Below the pieces are notes generated by a model, which ran no database searches, had not been told where the DNA came from, and worked only from the letters and a program-made list of their open reading frames with translations. 64,000 nt of DNA from an uncultured Alphaproteobacteria bacterium (GTDB lineage Bacteria; Pseudomonadota; Alphaproteobacteria; SP197), in assembly GCA_943787175.1 (NCBI GenBank), contig CALSLK010000015.1, forward strand, positions 76,788 through 140,787. Direction: 5' to 3'. Shown here one piece after another: positions 10,532-21,935 of the stretch. The first letter of the stretch is position 1, and each line of letters opens with the position of its first letter. Made by a program: the position numbers and the translations under genes.

Positions 10532-11560
10532 TCAGATAGGCGACGCGCCCGCCTTCTGCTTTTTGATCGAAAGGTCGGCAATCCGGGCCATCACTGATTG
10601 TGCTCCGGGTTGTCGAGATTGCGGGCCAGAGACCTCCAGGCAGGCCTGGCGCACGGCCACGCCCATCTCGACCTGATCGAGAATGACGCTGCGGTTGATG
10701 TCGTCGGCGACTTCGCTGTCGATCTCGATGCCGCGGTTCATGGGGCCGGGATGCATGATGAGCGCATCGGGCTTGGCGACGGCCAGCTTGTCGTAGATCG
10801 AGGCCGTAGAACTGGAAGTACTCGCGTTCGGACGGCACGAAGCTGCCCTGCATGCGTTCGGTCTGCAGGCGCAGCATCATCACGATATCGCACGTCTTTC
10901 AGGCCTTCGCGCATGTCGTGGATGCACCTCGACCCCATAACGGTCCGCTTTGGTCGGCAGCAGAGTCGGCGGCGCCACCAGCCGCACGCGCACGCCCATG
11001 GTGTTGAAGAGCAGGATGTTGGAGCGCGCCACGCGGCTGTGGGCGATATCACCGCAGATCGCGACGGTCAGGCCCGAAAGTGTTCCCAGGCGCCGACGGA
11101 TGGTCAGCGCATCCAGTAGGGCCTGTGTCGGATGTTCATGGCTGCCGTCGCCCGCGTTGATCACCGCAGCATTGACCGCGTTGGCGAGCAGCTTGACCGC
11201 GCCGCTGTCGGGGTGGCGCACGATCAGGACATCCGGGTGCATCGCGTTCAGCGTCGCTGCCGTATCGATCAGGGTTTCGCCCTTCTTGATGGCGCTGGTC
11301 GTGGGCGACATGTTGATGACGTCGGCGCCCAGTCGTTTGCCCGCAAGCTCGAACGACGTGCGCGTGCGCGTCGAGCTTTCGAAGAACATGTTGATCTGGG
11401 TGCGACCGTGCAGCGTGTTCTGCTTCTTCTCGGCGCGCCGATTAAGCGCGACGTACGAATCGGCGAGATCGAGCAGATGCACGATGTCCTGGGGCGACAA
11501 ATCCTCGATCCCGAGGAGATGGCGGTGGGTGAAACGGTATGGGGATGGATCAGCTGTCAT
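10532..11560 (-). pseudogene. pyrB: aspartate carbamoyltransferase catalytic subunit (pyrB), about three frame shifts
   Basis: N-terminal 226 aa intact ([20 protein letters not shown]). The C-terminal part continues in other frames ([29 protein letters not shown]; [19 protein letters not shown]...VRQACLEV). Confidence 0.75.
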
Positions 11561-11597
11561 GCTGAAACCGGGTTCTTAAAGAAAGACCTGCCCGCCG

Positions 11598-12510
11598 TCA
11601 TCCGAAAAGCGCCAACATGATCGGAATGCTGAGGATAGCTCCGGCAGTGCCTGTGCTGATGATCCCTGCCATCAGTTCTGCATTGCCGCCCATTTGGCGG
11701 GCAAGGACATAGGCTGCGGGTGAACAGGGCAGGGCTGCAAACAGCACCACAATGGATTTGGCATAACCGTCCACGCCCAGCATGGAACAGAAAACCCAGG
11801 CGACAAATGGGAGGACAAAGAGTTTCAGCAGGCTGGCCAGAGCAAGGGTTCGCTTGTCCGACCGCATGCTCTGGAGATGCAGGGCCGCACCAACCGAGAT
11901 CAGGCCAAACCCAAGAGCGGCGGCACCCAGGATGGCCAGCGTTCTGTCGAGGACCAGAGGAAGCCGTATCTCCAGCAGATTCATGGAGAGCCCGATAATG
12001 CAGGCCAACACGACCGGGTTTGTCGCAATCGCACGCAGGACACTCGGAATGGAGGTCCCGGTCGGCGAAGCATACCGTGCCAGCGCTGCCGTGCTGATGA
12101 CATTCACGGTGGGAATGTAGGCCGCCAGTAGAAGTGCGAAGAGTGCCAGGCCGTCGTCACCGTAAAGCGCATAGGCCGCAGCCAACCCGGCGTAACTGTT
12201 GAACCGGATTGCGCCCATCAGGAATGAAGGGAAATCCTTGCCGTTCAGGCCCAGGGGTTTGCGCAGGGTCAGAACGAGCAGCGTGACAACGACGGCCGGC
12301 AGCAACAGAGAGAGCAGGGATGTCAGCACCTCGCCATCGGGAAGGCTGGTCGTCATCAGGGTGTGACCAGCAGAGAGGGAAACAGCACGAAGTAGGTGAT
12401 CCGCTCGACCGTTCGCCAGAACGTCACATCGGGTGCCAGCCATCGACGCAGGCCGATGCCCAGGGCAATGACCAGAAAGATCGGCATGAGAGCCGTGAAG
12501 ATGGCGATCA
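11598..12510 (-). pseudogene. AEC (auxin efflux carrier) family transporter, one frameshift near 12360
   Basis: N-terminal MIAIFTALMPIFLVIALGIGLRRWLAPDVTFWRTVERITYFVLFPSLLV is in one frame and the C-terminal 281 aa (…GIISTGTAGAILSIPIMLALFG) in another. Confidence 0.6.
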
Positions 12511-12520
12511 TGGCCTGATC

Positions 12521-13072
12521 TCAGCCAAGTCTGACAAACTGGTCCAACGCACCTTGCAGGATCACGGCTGCCGCGACCCGGTCGATACGCTCGGCCTGAT
12601 CGTCGGCGCTGATGCCGGCCTCTGTCATGATTTCCTCCGCCTCGAACGACGACAGGCGCTCATCCCACATTAGAACCGGCAGGCCCAGGCCGCGAATGAG
12701 GTTGTTACCCATCTGGCGTGCGGACTGTGCGCGGGGTCCCTCGCTGTCATCCATGTTGAGCGGATAGCCCAACACGATGCCTACAACGTTACGCTCATGG
12801 ACAAGCGCTCCGAGGCGTTCCAGATCCTGTGTCCATTTCTTGCGGCGAATGGTCTCGACAGGTGTCGCAATCCTGCGCGTTGCGTCGCTTGCCGCAATAC
12901 CGATCGTGCGTGTGCCGGGGTCGAGCCCGAGCAGGACACCCGAGGCACAAATCTCCAGAAACAGGGTTGCGTCCCGCACAGGCTTGTCGCGTTTTGGGGT
13001 GGGTGTTAGGTTCGCGCGCTCCGGGTCGTTCTCGGTCACGTTTTTCCAAGCCATTTCAAGGGTTTGAGGCAA
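12521..13072 (-). CDS. ruvX: Holliday-junction resolvase-like nuclease RuvX (YqgF)
   Basis: [17 protein letters not shown]...[20 protein letters not shown] core. The ORF carries about 40 extra N-terminal codons, so the real start is probably an internal GTG near 12985. Confidence 0.8.
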   Translation of the reverse strand: MPQTLEMAWKNVTENDPERANLTPTPKRDKPVRDATLFLEICASGVLLGLDPGTRTIGIAASDATRRIATPVETIRRKKWTQDLERLGALVHERNVVGIVLGYPLNMDDSEGPRAQSARQMGNNLIRGLGLPVLMWDERLSSFEAEEIMTEAGISADDQAERIDRVAAAVILQGALDQFVRLG

Positions 13073-13085
13073 GGGACATTGTCAT

Positions 13086-13373
13086 ATGTCGCTCGATAAA
13101 GCCACTGTCGCCAGGATATCGCGTCTGGCGCGCATCGCTACCACCGAAGAAGAGCAAGAGCGCCTGGCAGGCGAGCTTGGCGGCATCCTGGCATGGGTGG
13201 AGCAACTGGGTGAGGTCGACACCGATGGGGTGGAGCCGATGACCAGCGTTGTGGAGATGCTTTTGAAGTCCCGCGAAGACGTGGTGAGCGATGGCGGCAT
13301 TGCTGATGACGTCGTCAGAAACGCGCCGAAATCAGCGCATGGATTCTTTGTTGTGCCCAAGGTGGTGGAATGA
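13086..13373 (+). CDS. gatC: Asp-tRNA(Asn)/Glu-tRNA(Gln) amidotransferase subunit C
   Basis: 95 aa; typical GatC sequence ([31 protein letters not shown]). Confidence 0.9.
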   Translation: MSLDKATVARISRLARIATTEEEQERLAGELGGILAWVEQLGEVDTDGVEPMTSVVEMLLKSREDVVSDGGIADDVVRNAPKSAHGFFVVPKVVE

Positions 13374-14839
13374 CCGACCTGACCGATCTCTCAATTGCAC
13401 AAGCACGCGACCTGCTGGCCAAGGGCGACCTGTCGTCGAAAGAGCTGACGCAGGCCCAGGTCACATCGATGGAAGGCAAGCGTGAGCTGAACGCCTTTAT
13501 CACCGAGACGCCTGATAAGGCCCTGGAGATGGCTGAGGCTTCCGACACAAGGCGCGCCAAGGGCGAAACTGGCAAGCTGGAAGGCATACCCGTCGCCATC
13601 AAGGACCTGTTTTGCACCAAGGACGTGCTGACCACGGCGGGCTCCCACATTCTGGACGGATTCCGCCCGTTTTATGAATCGAGCGTTACCACCAACATGT
13701 TCCGCGAAGGCGCGGTCATGCTGGGCAAGACCAACCTTGATGAATTCGCCATGGGCTCGGGCAACCTCACGAGCTACTACGGCGGCGCTATCAACCCCTG
13801 GCGCGCCAAGGGCGACAATCGCAACCTGGTTCCCGGTGGCTCTTCTGGTGGCTCGGCTTCAGCAGTGGCCGGCCGTATGGCGCTGGGCGCTACGGGCACC
13901 GATACCGGCGGCTCGATCCGTCAGCCTGCAGCGTTTACCGGGATCGTTGGCTTGAAACCGACCTATGGGCGTTGTTCGCGCTGGGGCATCGTGGCGTTTG
14001 CCTCGTCGCTCGATCAGGCTGGTCCCATGACCCGCTCTGTGCGCGATTCAGCGATCATGCTGGGTGCCATGGCAGGCCATGACCCCAAGGACTCGACCTC
14101 CGCGGATATTGCGGTTCCCGATTTCGAGGAAGGCCTCAACGGCGGCGTGAAAGGCCTCACGATCGGCATTCCCAAAGAGTATCGCGTTGACGGCATGCCC
14201 GAAGAAATCGAGACACTCTGGCAGCAGGGCATCAAATGGCTCGAGGAGCAGGGCGCCAGAACGGTCGAGATCAGCCTGCCGCACACCAAGTACGCATTGC
14301 CTGCCTATTACATCGTGGCGCCTGCTGAGGCCTCGTCGAACCTTGCCCGTTACGATGGCGTGAAGTTCGGCCTGCGCGTTGAATCCGATGACCTCACAGA
14401 GATGTACGAAAAGACCCGGGCGGAAGGGTTTGGGGCCGAGGTGAAACGCCGGGTGCTGATCGGGACCTATGTGCTCTCGGCTGGTTACTACGATGCCTAT
14501 TATCTCCAGGCTCAGAAGGTGCGCACGCGTATTGCTGATGACTTCAAACAGGCCTGGCAGCAGGTCGATGCAATTCTGACACCTGCTACACCTTCGGCTG
14601 CGTTCAGCGCCGATGATCCACCCAGTGATCCGCTTGCCATGTATCTCAACGATGTCTTTACCGTGCCGGTTAACCTGGCAGGACTGCCAGGTATCTCGGT
14701 GCCTGCAGGCCTCACCGGCGATGGATTGCCGATGGGATTGCAGGTGATCGGCAAGGCGTTTGATGAAGCAACCGTGCTGCGCATCGGCCAGTCGCTGGAA
14801 GATGCAGCAGGGTTTGATGCCCGCCCGGAAGGATACTGA
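13370..14839 (+). CDS. gatA: Glu-tRNA(Gln) amidotransferase subunit A
   Basis: 489 aa amidase-signature protein ([12 protein letters not shown]); overlaps gatC stop. Confidence 0.95.
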   Translation: MTDLTDLSIAQARDLLAKGDLSSKELTQAQVTSMEGKRELNAFITETPDKALEMAEASDTRRAKGETGKLEGIPVAIKDLFCTKDVLTTAGSHILDGFRPFYESSVTTNMFREGAVMLGKTNLDEFAMGSGNLTSYYGGAINPWRAKGDNRNLVPGGSSGGSASAVAGRMALGATGTDTGGSIRQPAAFTGIVGLKPTYGRCSRWGIVAFASSLDQAGPMTRSVRDSAIMLGAMAGHDPKDSTSADIAVPDFEEGLNGGVKGLTIGIPKEYRVDGMPEEIETLWQQGIKWLEEQGARTVEISLPHTKYALPAYYIVAPAEASSNLARYDGVKFGLRVESDDLTEMYEKTRAEGFGAEVKRRVLIGTYVLSAGYYDAYYLQAQKVRTRIADDFKQAWQQVDAILTPATPSAAFSADDPPSDPLAMYLNDVFTVPVNLAGLPGISVPAGLTGDGLPMGLQVIGKAFDEATVLRIGQSLEDAAGFDARPEGY

Positions 14840-14841
14840 TC

Positions 14842-16296
14842 ATGGGAATCACCCTTGAAGGCGCCACCGGCACCTGGGAATACGTGATCGGGCTGGAAGT
14901 CCATGCCCAGATCATCTCCAATTCAAAGCTGTTTTCCGGCGCTTCGACGGAATTTGGATCCGAGCCTAACAGTCAGGTTTCGCCCGTGGATGCGGGCATG
15001 CCTGGTATGTTGCCGGTGATCAATCTGGCGTGCATCGAACAGGCGGTGAAGACCGGTCTGGCGATCAACGGTGAGATCAACCTGACCTCGGTATTCGATC
15101 GCAAGAACTACTTCTATCCAGATCTGCCGCAGGGCTATCAGATCTCGCAGTTCAAGCAGCCTGTGGTGACCGGTGGCCATATCGATATTGAACTTGAAGA
15201 CGGCACGCAGAAACGTATCGGTGTCGAGCGCCTGCATGTCGAGCAGGATGCCGGCAAGAGCCTGCATGATCAGGACCCCAACGCTTCGTATGTCGATCTC
15301 AATCGCTCCGGTGTGGGCCTGATGGAGATCGTGTCGGATCCGGATATGCGCTCGCCCGAAGAGGCGGCGGCTTATGTGCGCAAGCTGCGCACGATCGTGC
15401 GTTATGCCGAAACCTGTGACGGCAACATGCAGGAAGGCTCCATGCGCGTGGACGCCAACGTATCGGTGCGCAAGGCCGGCGAAGAATTCGGAACGCGCTG
15501 CGAAATCAAGAACCTCAACTCCGTGCGTTACATGCAGCGTGCCATCGAGTTCGAGGCAATGCGCCAGATCGACGTTCTCGAGGCTGGCGGAAAGATCGAC
15601 CAGCAGACCCGCCTGTTCGATGTCGCCAAGAACGAGACACGCAGCATGAGGAGCAAGGAAGAGGCGCATGATTACCGCTACTTCCCCGATCCCGACCTGT
15701 TGCCCCTGCGCTTCGAGCAGGCCTGGGTGGATGAGATCGCTGCCGGTATGCCTGAACTTCCTGATGCCAAGATGGCCCGTTTCATGAAGGAGTTCGGGCT
15801 TTCTGCCTACGACGCCGACGTGTTGGTTGCTGAGCAGGAAAACGCGCATTTCTATGAGCATGTTGCCGAGGGTCGCGACAAGAAACTTGCTGCCAACTGG
15901 GTGATTTCCGAATTGTTCGGTCAGCTCAACAAGGCTGGCAAGACGGTTGAAGACAGCCCGGTGAGTGCCGAAGCTCTGGGTGAGCTGATCGACCTCATCA
16001 CCGATGACACCATTTCGGGACGTATCGCCAAGGACGTCTTTGCCGACATGTTCGAATCCGGCAAGGCTGCTGGTGTGATTGTTGAAGAGAAGGGCCTCAA
16101 ACAGGTTACTGACACCGGTGCCATTGAAGCCGTGATCGATGAGGTGATGGCGCGCGAGCCGGAGAAACTGGCTGAGTATCGCGGCGGCAAGGACAAGCTG
16201 TTCGGCTTCTTTATCGGCCAGGTCATGAAGGCGTCCGGCGGCAAGGCCAATCCGAAAGCGGTCAACGAACTTCTCAAGACCAAGCTGCAGGGTTGA
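14842..16296 (+). CDS. gatB: Asp-tRNA(Asn)/Glu-tRNA(Gln) amidotransferase subunit B
   Basis: 484 aa; GatB N-terminus [13 protein letters not shown]...[15 protein letters not shown]. Confidence 0.95.
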   Translation: MGITLEGATGTWEYVIGLEVHAQIISNSKLFSGASTEFGSEPNSQVSPVDAGMPGMLPVINLACIEQAVKTGLAINGEINLTSVFDRKNYFYPDLPQGYQISQFKQPVVTGGHIDIELEDGTQKRIGVERLHVEQDAGKSLHDQDPNASYVDLNRSGVGLMEIVSDPDMRSPEEAAAYVRKLRTIVRYAETCDGNMQEGSMRVDANVSVRKAGEEFGTRCEIKNLNSVRYMQRAIEFEAMRQIDVLEAGGKIDQQTRLFDVAKNETRSMRSKEEAHDYRYFPDPDLLPLRFEQAWVDEIAAGMPELPDAKMARFMKEFGLSAYDADVLVAEQENAHFYEHVAEGRDKKLAANWVISELFGQLNKAGKTVEDSPVSAEALGELIDLITDDTISGRIAKDVFADMFESGKAAGVIVEEKGLKQVTDTGAIEAVIDEVMAREPEKLAEYRGGKDKLFGFFIGQVMKASGGKANPKAVNELLKTKLQG

Positions 16297-18578
16297 ACGC
16301 CTTGAAGGGCGCCCACACCGACACACTTCTGGCCCAGGCCCTGGGTTGGCTGGAAGAGACAACCGGCGGTGTTGCTCCCTCGATCCAGGTCGCCACGACT
16401 TACGTGCGTGACCCCGCCATGCCATCGTCCGAAGGGCTGTGGTACAGCCGCCCGGATAACCCCTGCTATTGGCAGGTCGAAGCACTGCTTGCCGAACTGG
16501 AACATGGCGAAGCGGCCATGGTGACAGGCTCTGGCTCGGCCTCCATGGCGATGGTGTTTGAGGCACTCTCGACCGGTGACCACGTGCTCATGCCGCATTA
16601 TGCCTATGGCGGCGTGCATTACCTCATCAACGACATGGCCAATGCCTGGGGCATCGAGATCGACGTCTATCAGACCGGTGATCTCGATGACATGGCACGG
16701 CTCGTTCGCCCTGGACAGACGAAGGTGGTCTGGGTTGAAACGCCGTCAAATCCTGAGATGGTCATTGTTGATCTGGAAGCCGCGGCCCGGATTGCCCACG
16801 GTGTTGATGCCAAGCTGGTGGTGGATGCCACCTTCGCACCGCCGCCGATCTGCAGACCTCTGGATCATGGCGCTGATGTAGTCTTGCACTCGGGCACCAA
16901 GTTCCTGAACGGCCACAGCGATGTGGTGTGCGGCACCATCGCCACGCGTGTGAAGGATGACTTCTGGCAGCGCCTGGACCGCATGCGCATGCGCTCGGGC
17001 GCCATGCTGGGTCCCTTCGAGACCTGGCTGCTGCTGCGCGGCCTGCGCACGCTGCATCTGCGCATGGAGCAGGCGCAGGCAAGTGCACAGAAGATCGCGG
17101 AATTCCTTGAGGGACATGTAGACGTTGGTCGGGTGTTTTATCCAGGGCTTGCCTCCCATCCCACGCACGACCTGGCCAAACGCCAGATGTCGGGCTTTGG
17201 TGCGATGGTGTCGTTTGATGTTACGGGATCCATGGAGGACGCGCTGAAAGTCTGGGGCGGTACCAGAATTTTCAAAAACGCAACGTCGTTGGGTGGTCCC
17301 GAAAGTCTTGTTGAACATCGCAAGAGTTCCGATGGCTACGAATCGCCCGTGCCACCCAACCAGCTTCGCCTTTCGGTTGGCCTTGAAGATGCTGATGACC
17401 TGATCGCCGATCTTGATGCCGCGCTGACCGGTAAGCCGACAAACCGGCCCCAGGCGCGCGCTACGAAGATTGCGCAGGGGCTTGGCTGGACGAGCAGGGA
17501 CCATAAGGCGGTCGTCCTGCCGGTTCACATGGCATCGACCTATGCCACCGATCCGGCGACTTACGGCAAACCCTATGCCTATGCGCGCGATCAGAATCCG
17601 ACCTATGAGCAGCCAGAGGCCCTGATCGCTGATCTGGAGGGGGGGTTTGAAGCGCGTCTGTTTGCTTCCGGCATGGCGGCGGTTTCGGCCGTGTTCCAGT
17701 GCCTTAAAGCCGGCGATCACGTGGTCATTCAGGACACGCTCTATTGGGCTATCCGCGGCTTGATGAAGCAGGTTGTGGAGGGCTGGGGCATCGAAGTGAC
17801 CTGGGCTCCGACAGGCGACCTCGAGGCGTTGCGCAGGGCAGTCCGAAAGGGTGAAACTCGCATTGTCTGGTTGGAAACGCCCGCCAATCCCACCATGGCC
17901 GTGACCGATATAGCCGCCGCCACGGCCATTGTGCGGGAAGCCGGTGCTTTGAGCGTGGTCGACAATACATTTGCCACTCCCTTGCTGACACGACCGTTGG
18001 AACTTAGTGCTGATTTCGTCATGCACTCGGCCACGAAATATCTGAATGGTCACAGCGATGTGGTGGCCGGTGTGCTGGTTGCCCGTGTGGAAACACCGTT
18101 CTGGGACCAGATTCGCCACATTCGGCACATGACGGGTGCGATCCTTGGGCCGTTTGAGGCATGGTTGCTGATGCGCGGTATGCGCACGCTCGAGATCAGG
18201 GTCGCGCGGGCCTGCCGGAACGCCATGGCAATTGCGCAACATCTGGATGGCCACGAAGCGGTCGATCTGGTGCTTTATCCCGGTCTCACGGCATCAAACG
18301 ATCATGATGTTTCCGCCCGACAGATGAGCGGCGGCTTCGGCGGCATGCTCTCCATCCGCATTCGGGGCGGGGAGGCCGCGGCCCAAAGGGTCTGGGCCCG
18401 CTTTAAACTCTTCAAGATTGCGACCTCGCTGGGCGGCGTAGAAAGCCTGGTCGAACATCGCGCTACGGTAGAGGGGCCAGAGAGTCCCGTGCCGGACGAT
18501 CTGCTGCGCCTGTCAGTCGGGGTCGAACACATCGATGATTTGATCGGCGATCTTGACCAGGCGTTGCAGGCTGCCTGA
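16293..18578 (+). CDS. tandem in-frame fusion of two Cys/Met-metabolism PLP-dependent (transsulfuration, CGS/CGL/OAH-sulfhydrylase family) domains
   Basis: 761 aa. Domain 1 (about 1-380) contains [13 protein letters not shown]. Domain 2 (about 400-761) contains [13 protein letters not shown]. The two halves align with each other over their full length, and the linker [21 protein letters not shown] has no stop. TTG start overlaps gatB stop (TTGA). Confidence 0.8.
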   Translation: MNALKGAHTDTLLAQALGWLEETTGGVAPSIQVATTYVRDPAMPSSEGLWYSRPDNPCYWQVEALLAELEHGEAAMVTGSGSASMAMVFEALSTGDHVLMPHYAYGGVHYLINDMANAWGIEIDVYQTGDLDDMARLVRPGQTKVVWVETPSNPEMVIVDLEAAARIAHGVDAKLVVDATFAPPPICRPLDHGADVVLHSGTKFLNGHSDVVCGTIATRVKDDFWQRLDRMRMRSGAMLGPFETWLLLRGLRTLHLRMEQAQASAQKIAEFLEGHVDVGRVFYPGLASHPTHDLAKRQMSGFGAMVSFDVTGSMEDALKVWGGTRIFKNATSLGGPESLVEHRKSSDGYESPVPPNQLRLSVGLEDADDLIADLDAALTGKPTNRPQARATKIAQGLGWTSRDHKAVVLPVHMASTYATDPATYGKPYAYARDQNPTYEQPEALIADLEGGFEARLFASGMAAVSAVFQCLKAGDHVVIQDTLYWAIRGLMKQVVEGWGIEVTWAPTGDLEALRRAVRKGETRIVWLETPANPTMAVTDIAAATAIVREAGALSVVDNTFATPLLTRPLELSADFVMHSATKYLNGHSDVVAGVLVARVETPFWDQIRHIRHMTGAILGPFEAWLLMRGMRTLEIRVARACRNAMAIAQHLDGHEAVDLVLYPGLTASNDHDVSARQMSGGFGGMLSIRIRGGEAAAQRVWARFKLFKIATSLGGVESLVEHRATVEGPESPVPDDLLRLSVGVEHIDDLIGDLDQALQAA

Positions 18579-18597
18579 TTCCGGGGCCTGATGGCGT

Positions 18598-19308
18598 ATG
18601 CCGTTCATCCCCATCAGCGATGACAATCCGCTACGCCTGATCCGCTTTCAGGTCGTGACGATCAGCCTGATCGCGATCAACGCCATTGTATTCCTCATCC
18701 AGCAGTTGATGGACGACCAGCAGCTTTGGGAGTTCTGGCTGAGCTACGGCATGATTCCGGCCGTATTGTCGGGGGAGGCACAGCTGACCTCGGACCTGGA
18801 GAGGATACCGGCCTGGCTGACTCTGTTTACCTCGACCTTCCTGCATGATGGTTACTGGCACCTGGGTGGAAACATGCTGTTTCTCTGGGTGTTCGGTGAC
18901 AACGTCGAGGACGCCACGGGCCATTGGCGATTTTTGGTTTTCTATTTTGCATGTGCGGCAGCAGCCGGGTTGGCTCAGACGGCCATCGACCCGGCTTCAC
19001 AGGTACCCATGGTGGGGGCCAGCGGGGCCGTTGCCGGCGTGCTGGGCGCCTATATGATGTTGCATCCACGGCGTCGGATGCTGATCCTGTTGATGCGGAC
19101 CATACCGCTTAGACTTCACGTGGGACTGGTCCTTGTGATCTGGATTGTCTTCCAGGTCGGTGCGGGAATCTGGTTCACCAGCACGGGTGAAAGTGAGACC
19201 GCCTGGTGGGCGCATGTCGGTGGCTTTGCAGCAGGTATGATTTTGATCCTGATGTTGCGAAATCGCGGTGTTACCCTTTTTGATCGCGTGTCTGAAACTG
19301 AAACCTAA
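18598..19308 (+). CDS. rhomboid family intramembrane serine protease
   Basis: 236 aa, about 6 TM; catalytic GASGAVAGVLGAY serine motif and downstream AHVGGFAAG histidine. Confidence 0.8.
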   Translation: MPFIPISDDNPLRLIRFQVVTISLIAINAIVFLIQQLMDDQQLWEFWLSYGMIPAVLSGEAQLTSDLERIPAWLTLFTSTFLHDGYWHLGGNMLFLWVFGDNVEDATGHWRFLVFYFACAAAAGLAQTAIDPASQVPMVGASGAVAGVLGAYMMLHPRRRMLILLMRTIPLRLHVGLVLVIWIVFQVGAGIWFTSTGESETAWWAHVGGFAAGMILILMLRNRGVTLFDRVSETET

Positions 19309-19332
19309 ACATCAGAAGTTTGGAATAAGCCC

Positions 19333-19950
19333 TTGATTAAGCTCTATACTGCGCCAACACCGAACGGTCGCAAGGTCTCCATCATGCTCGAGGAAGTCGG
19401 GCTTGCCTATGAAGTCCACCGCATTGATATGGGGGCTGGCGATCAGTTCGAACCAGCGTTTCTCGAGATCAGTCCCAACAACAAGATCCCGGCCATCGTG
19501 GATCCCGATGGTCCCGGCGGCGCGCCAATCAACGTGTTCGAATCTGGCGCCATACTGATCTACCTCGCGGAGAAAACCGGCCAGTTGCTGCCCACTGATA
19601 CGCGGGAGCGCCTGAGCGTTTTGCAATGGTTGATGTTCCAAATGGGCGGCGTTGGCCCGATGTTCGGGCAGGCCAATCACTTCATCAAATTTGCCGCTGA
19701 AGATGTGCCCTATGGCAAGAAACGTTATCGCGAAGAGGCGATGCGGCTGCTGGGCGTGATGGACCGGCGTCTGGCAGAGGTTGAGTTTCTCGCAGGCGAT
19801 TACTCCATTGCCGATATCGCGACCTGGCCATGGGTCATGCGTGCGGAATGGTACGACACCGACTGGAGCCAGTTCCCCAACACGAAACGCTGGTATGACC
19901 AGATCGGTGAGCGGCCGGCGGTACAGCGCGGAACGGCAGTGCCGGATTAG
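19333..19950 (+). CDS. glutathione S-transferase, Nu class (YfcG/YghU-like disulfide reductase type)
   Basis: 205 aa; N-terminus MIKLYTAPTPNGRKVSIMLEEVGL...ISPNNKIPAIVDPDG...FESGAILIYLAEKTG closely matches YfcG-type GSTs. Confidence 0.8.
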   Translation: MIKLYTAPTPNGRKVSIMLEEVGLAYEVHRIDMGAGDQFEPAFLEISPNNKIPAIVDPDGPGGAPINVFESGAILIYLAEKTGQLLPTDTRERLSVLQWLMFQMGGVGPMFGQANHFIKFAAEDVPYGKKRYREEAMRLLGVMDRRLAEVEFLAGDYSIADIATWPWVMRAEWYDTDWSQFPNTKRWYDQIGERPAVQRGTAVPD

Positions 19951-20812
19951 GCTTCCCGTTCCAGCGGGCGGGTGAGGCAGGTGGGGCCGCCTTCACCCTT
20001 GCGGCTGATCTCGACACCCGAATAGGTCACGACTTCGCACCGGCGGCTTCCAGGCGGCGGCGGGTTTCGGGGTTACCCTCGACCATGACGCAACGGCGCG
20101 GCGCGGTGGCAAGCACGTTGCAACCCATGCTCTCGAACTCCTCATCGGGGACTTCCACGAAGATGAGGCCGCGTTCCAGCAGCCAGTTGCGGAACGGCAC
20201 CGGCATCAGGGGCGAATAGACCAGTGCCAGATCCTTATCGAGCGGCGAGAGGATCGACATGAGGTGGAAGACATCCGACGGGCCCTTGTAATGCGGCAGA
20301 GGGCAGACCTCGACATGGATGCCTTGACCCAGCAGAGCCTTCAACTGGCGGATACCTTCGGGATTGGTGCGATAACCGTTGGCAACGGCGCAGGTTTTAT
20401 CGTCCAGCCACACGAAGTCACCACCTTCAATCCTGCCTTCGCCGGTGATCGCGCCTGCAATTCCAACCCCGTGATCTGCATAACCGGACCCATTGACGCC
20501 GGGTTCGGCCTGGCGCGCGGGTTTGCCCATGTTGCAGTGGATGACACCGTTGGGTGAGGGGATCGAGGCGTCGCGGACATAGATGGAATCGATGGAGAGG
20601 CCTTCGCCGTCGGGCAGGTAATGCACCTTTGCATCGGCAAGACCCAGGGCTTCGACAAAACCTTCGTAGTCCGCCATGGCGGCACCGAAATCAGGCTCGC
20701 TGTGGTAGTTCAGCGGTTGCCATTGTGCACCGACGGTTTCGGGGTCGCGGAAGGCGTCGCGTGCGTGTCGCAGGCCGATGCTGGTGATCTTGCCGTATTC
20801 GTTGAAGGCCAT
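19947..20812 (-). CDS. DDAH/amidinotransferase-superfamily protein (dimethylarginine dimethylaminohydrolase-like), C-terminal frameshift near 20035
   Basis: Likely start is Met-28 of the track ORF (MAFNEYGKITSIGLRHARDAF). The canonical C-terminus EVVTYSGVEISRKGEGGPTCLTRPLEREA* with the conserved Cys is in a different frame from the preceding 260 codons. Confidence 0.65.
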
Positions 20813-20934
20813 GGTTTCATCCCTGATGAAGGCGCGCGATCCTAGCCATGCATTGTTCTGATGCAAGCTGGGAAAACATTGCGTTGACTGCAAGGGGTTG
20901 CCACATGGAGAGCAGGCAAACAGGAGAATGCGTC

Positions 20935-21348
20935 ATGGCGGAGAAACCTGATCTTCAGCAACCCGAACAGGCCTATCTGGTCTATGACGATGATTGTCCG
21001 GTTTGCCGCACCTGGTGCAGTGACGCCTTTCCCGATGACAGCGCCGGTGTTGTGCTGGTCGATGCGCGCAAGGACAGCGCTTTGATGGATGAAATCACTG
21101 CAGCCGGTCTCGATATCGATCAGGGCATGGTGCTGAAGGTCGGCGGCGAACTCCATTACGCATCTGATGCGGTGCGTGAGGCGACCCGGATGTCGCGACG
21201 TGGCGGATTGATGGGCAATCTCAATCGCGCTTTCTTTGGTTCACAGGCCCTCGCCAGGATCAGTTATCCCGTGGGGCGTGCGTTCCGGAATGGACTGTTG
21301 CGGATTTTGGGTATTCCCTTCATTCGCAATCTGGAGAACCGACCATGA
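20935..21348 (+). CDS. DCC1-like thiol-disulfide oxidoreductase family protein (DUF393)
   Basis: YLVYDDDCPVCRTW motif typical of DCC/DUF393 proteins; start taken as MAEKPDLQQ inside the longer track ORF. Confidence 0.55.
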   Translation: MAEKPDLQQPEQAYLVYDDDCPVCRTWCSDAFPDDSAGVVLVDARKDSALMDEITAAGLDIDQGMVLKVGGELHYASDAVREATRMSRRGGLMGNLNRAFFGSQALARISYPVGRAFRNGLLRILGIPFIRNLENRP

Positions 21349-21935
21349 CGACAACCTCAATTGCGCCGGGAACGGCCCGAGCGATCGAACTGGCCAAAGG
21401 CGATGTCGTGCGTGTGGTCAACAGTGAAGGCCATCAAGTGGTTGATACCTGGGCGTTTGCGGCAGACATGCCAAGCGATCAGCTTTCGATGGAACACAGC
21501 CGTTCAGCGACCTATCGCATTCTCTATCAGCCCGGCGACACGCTGGTGAGTACGTCGTTCCGGCCCATGCTGACGATCCTTGCTGATACCTCACCGGGAA
21601 TTCACGACACGCTGCATGCAGCCTGCAGTGCTGAAAGCAATGTTTTCTACGGTGCACCTGCCAGCCATCCCAATTGCCAGGACAATTTGAAGGGCGTTAT
21701 GGCGGCGCGGGGTGTCGAGCTGGTGAACATCCCCTGTCCCTGGAACCTCTTCGAGCATGCGCCGGTTCAGGCCGATGGCTCCCTGATTGATGAACCTTCT
21801 GCCGCCAAGGCCGGTGACTACGTGGAAATGCGTGCCGAGATGGACCTGGTTCTTGTCTGCTCGGCCTGCCCCTCCACAGTGGGTGATATCAGCCAGGGCG
21901 AGCCGCGCGGGGCGACAATCCAGGTAATCGGCTAG
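21345..21935 (+). CDS. DUF1989 (urea-carboxylase-associated family) protein
   Basis: 196 aa; pattern LAKGDVVRVVNSEGHQVVDTWAF...LVSTSFRPMLTIL...DTLHAACSAESN consistent with DUF1989; ATGA overlap with upstream gene. Confidence 0.6.
   Translation: MTTTSIAPGTARAIELAKGDVVRVVNSEGHQVVDTWAFAADMPSDQLSMEHSRSATYRILYQPGDTLVSTSFRPMLTILADTSPGIHDTLHAACSAESNVFYGAPASHPNCQDNLKGVMAARGVELVNIPCPWNLFEHAPVQADGSLIDEPSAAKAGDYVEMRAEMDLVLVCSACPSTVGDISQGEPRGATIQVIG

Noticed and set aside
9254-11560. Considered calling pyrC/pyrB genuine pseudogenes indicating pyrimidine auxotrophy.
   Set aside because: The same kind of frame breaks hits argS, serS, secD and secF in other parts of the window. A technical (indel) origin is more parsimonious. 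They are typed as pseudogene only to flag the disrupted frame.
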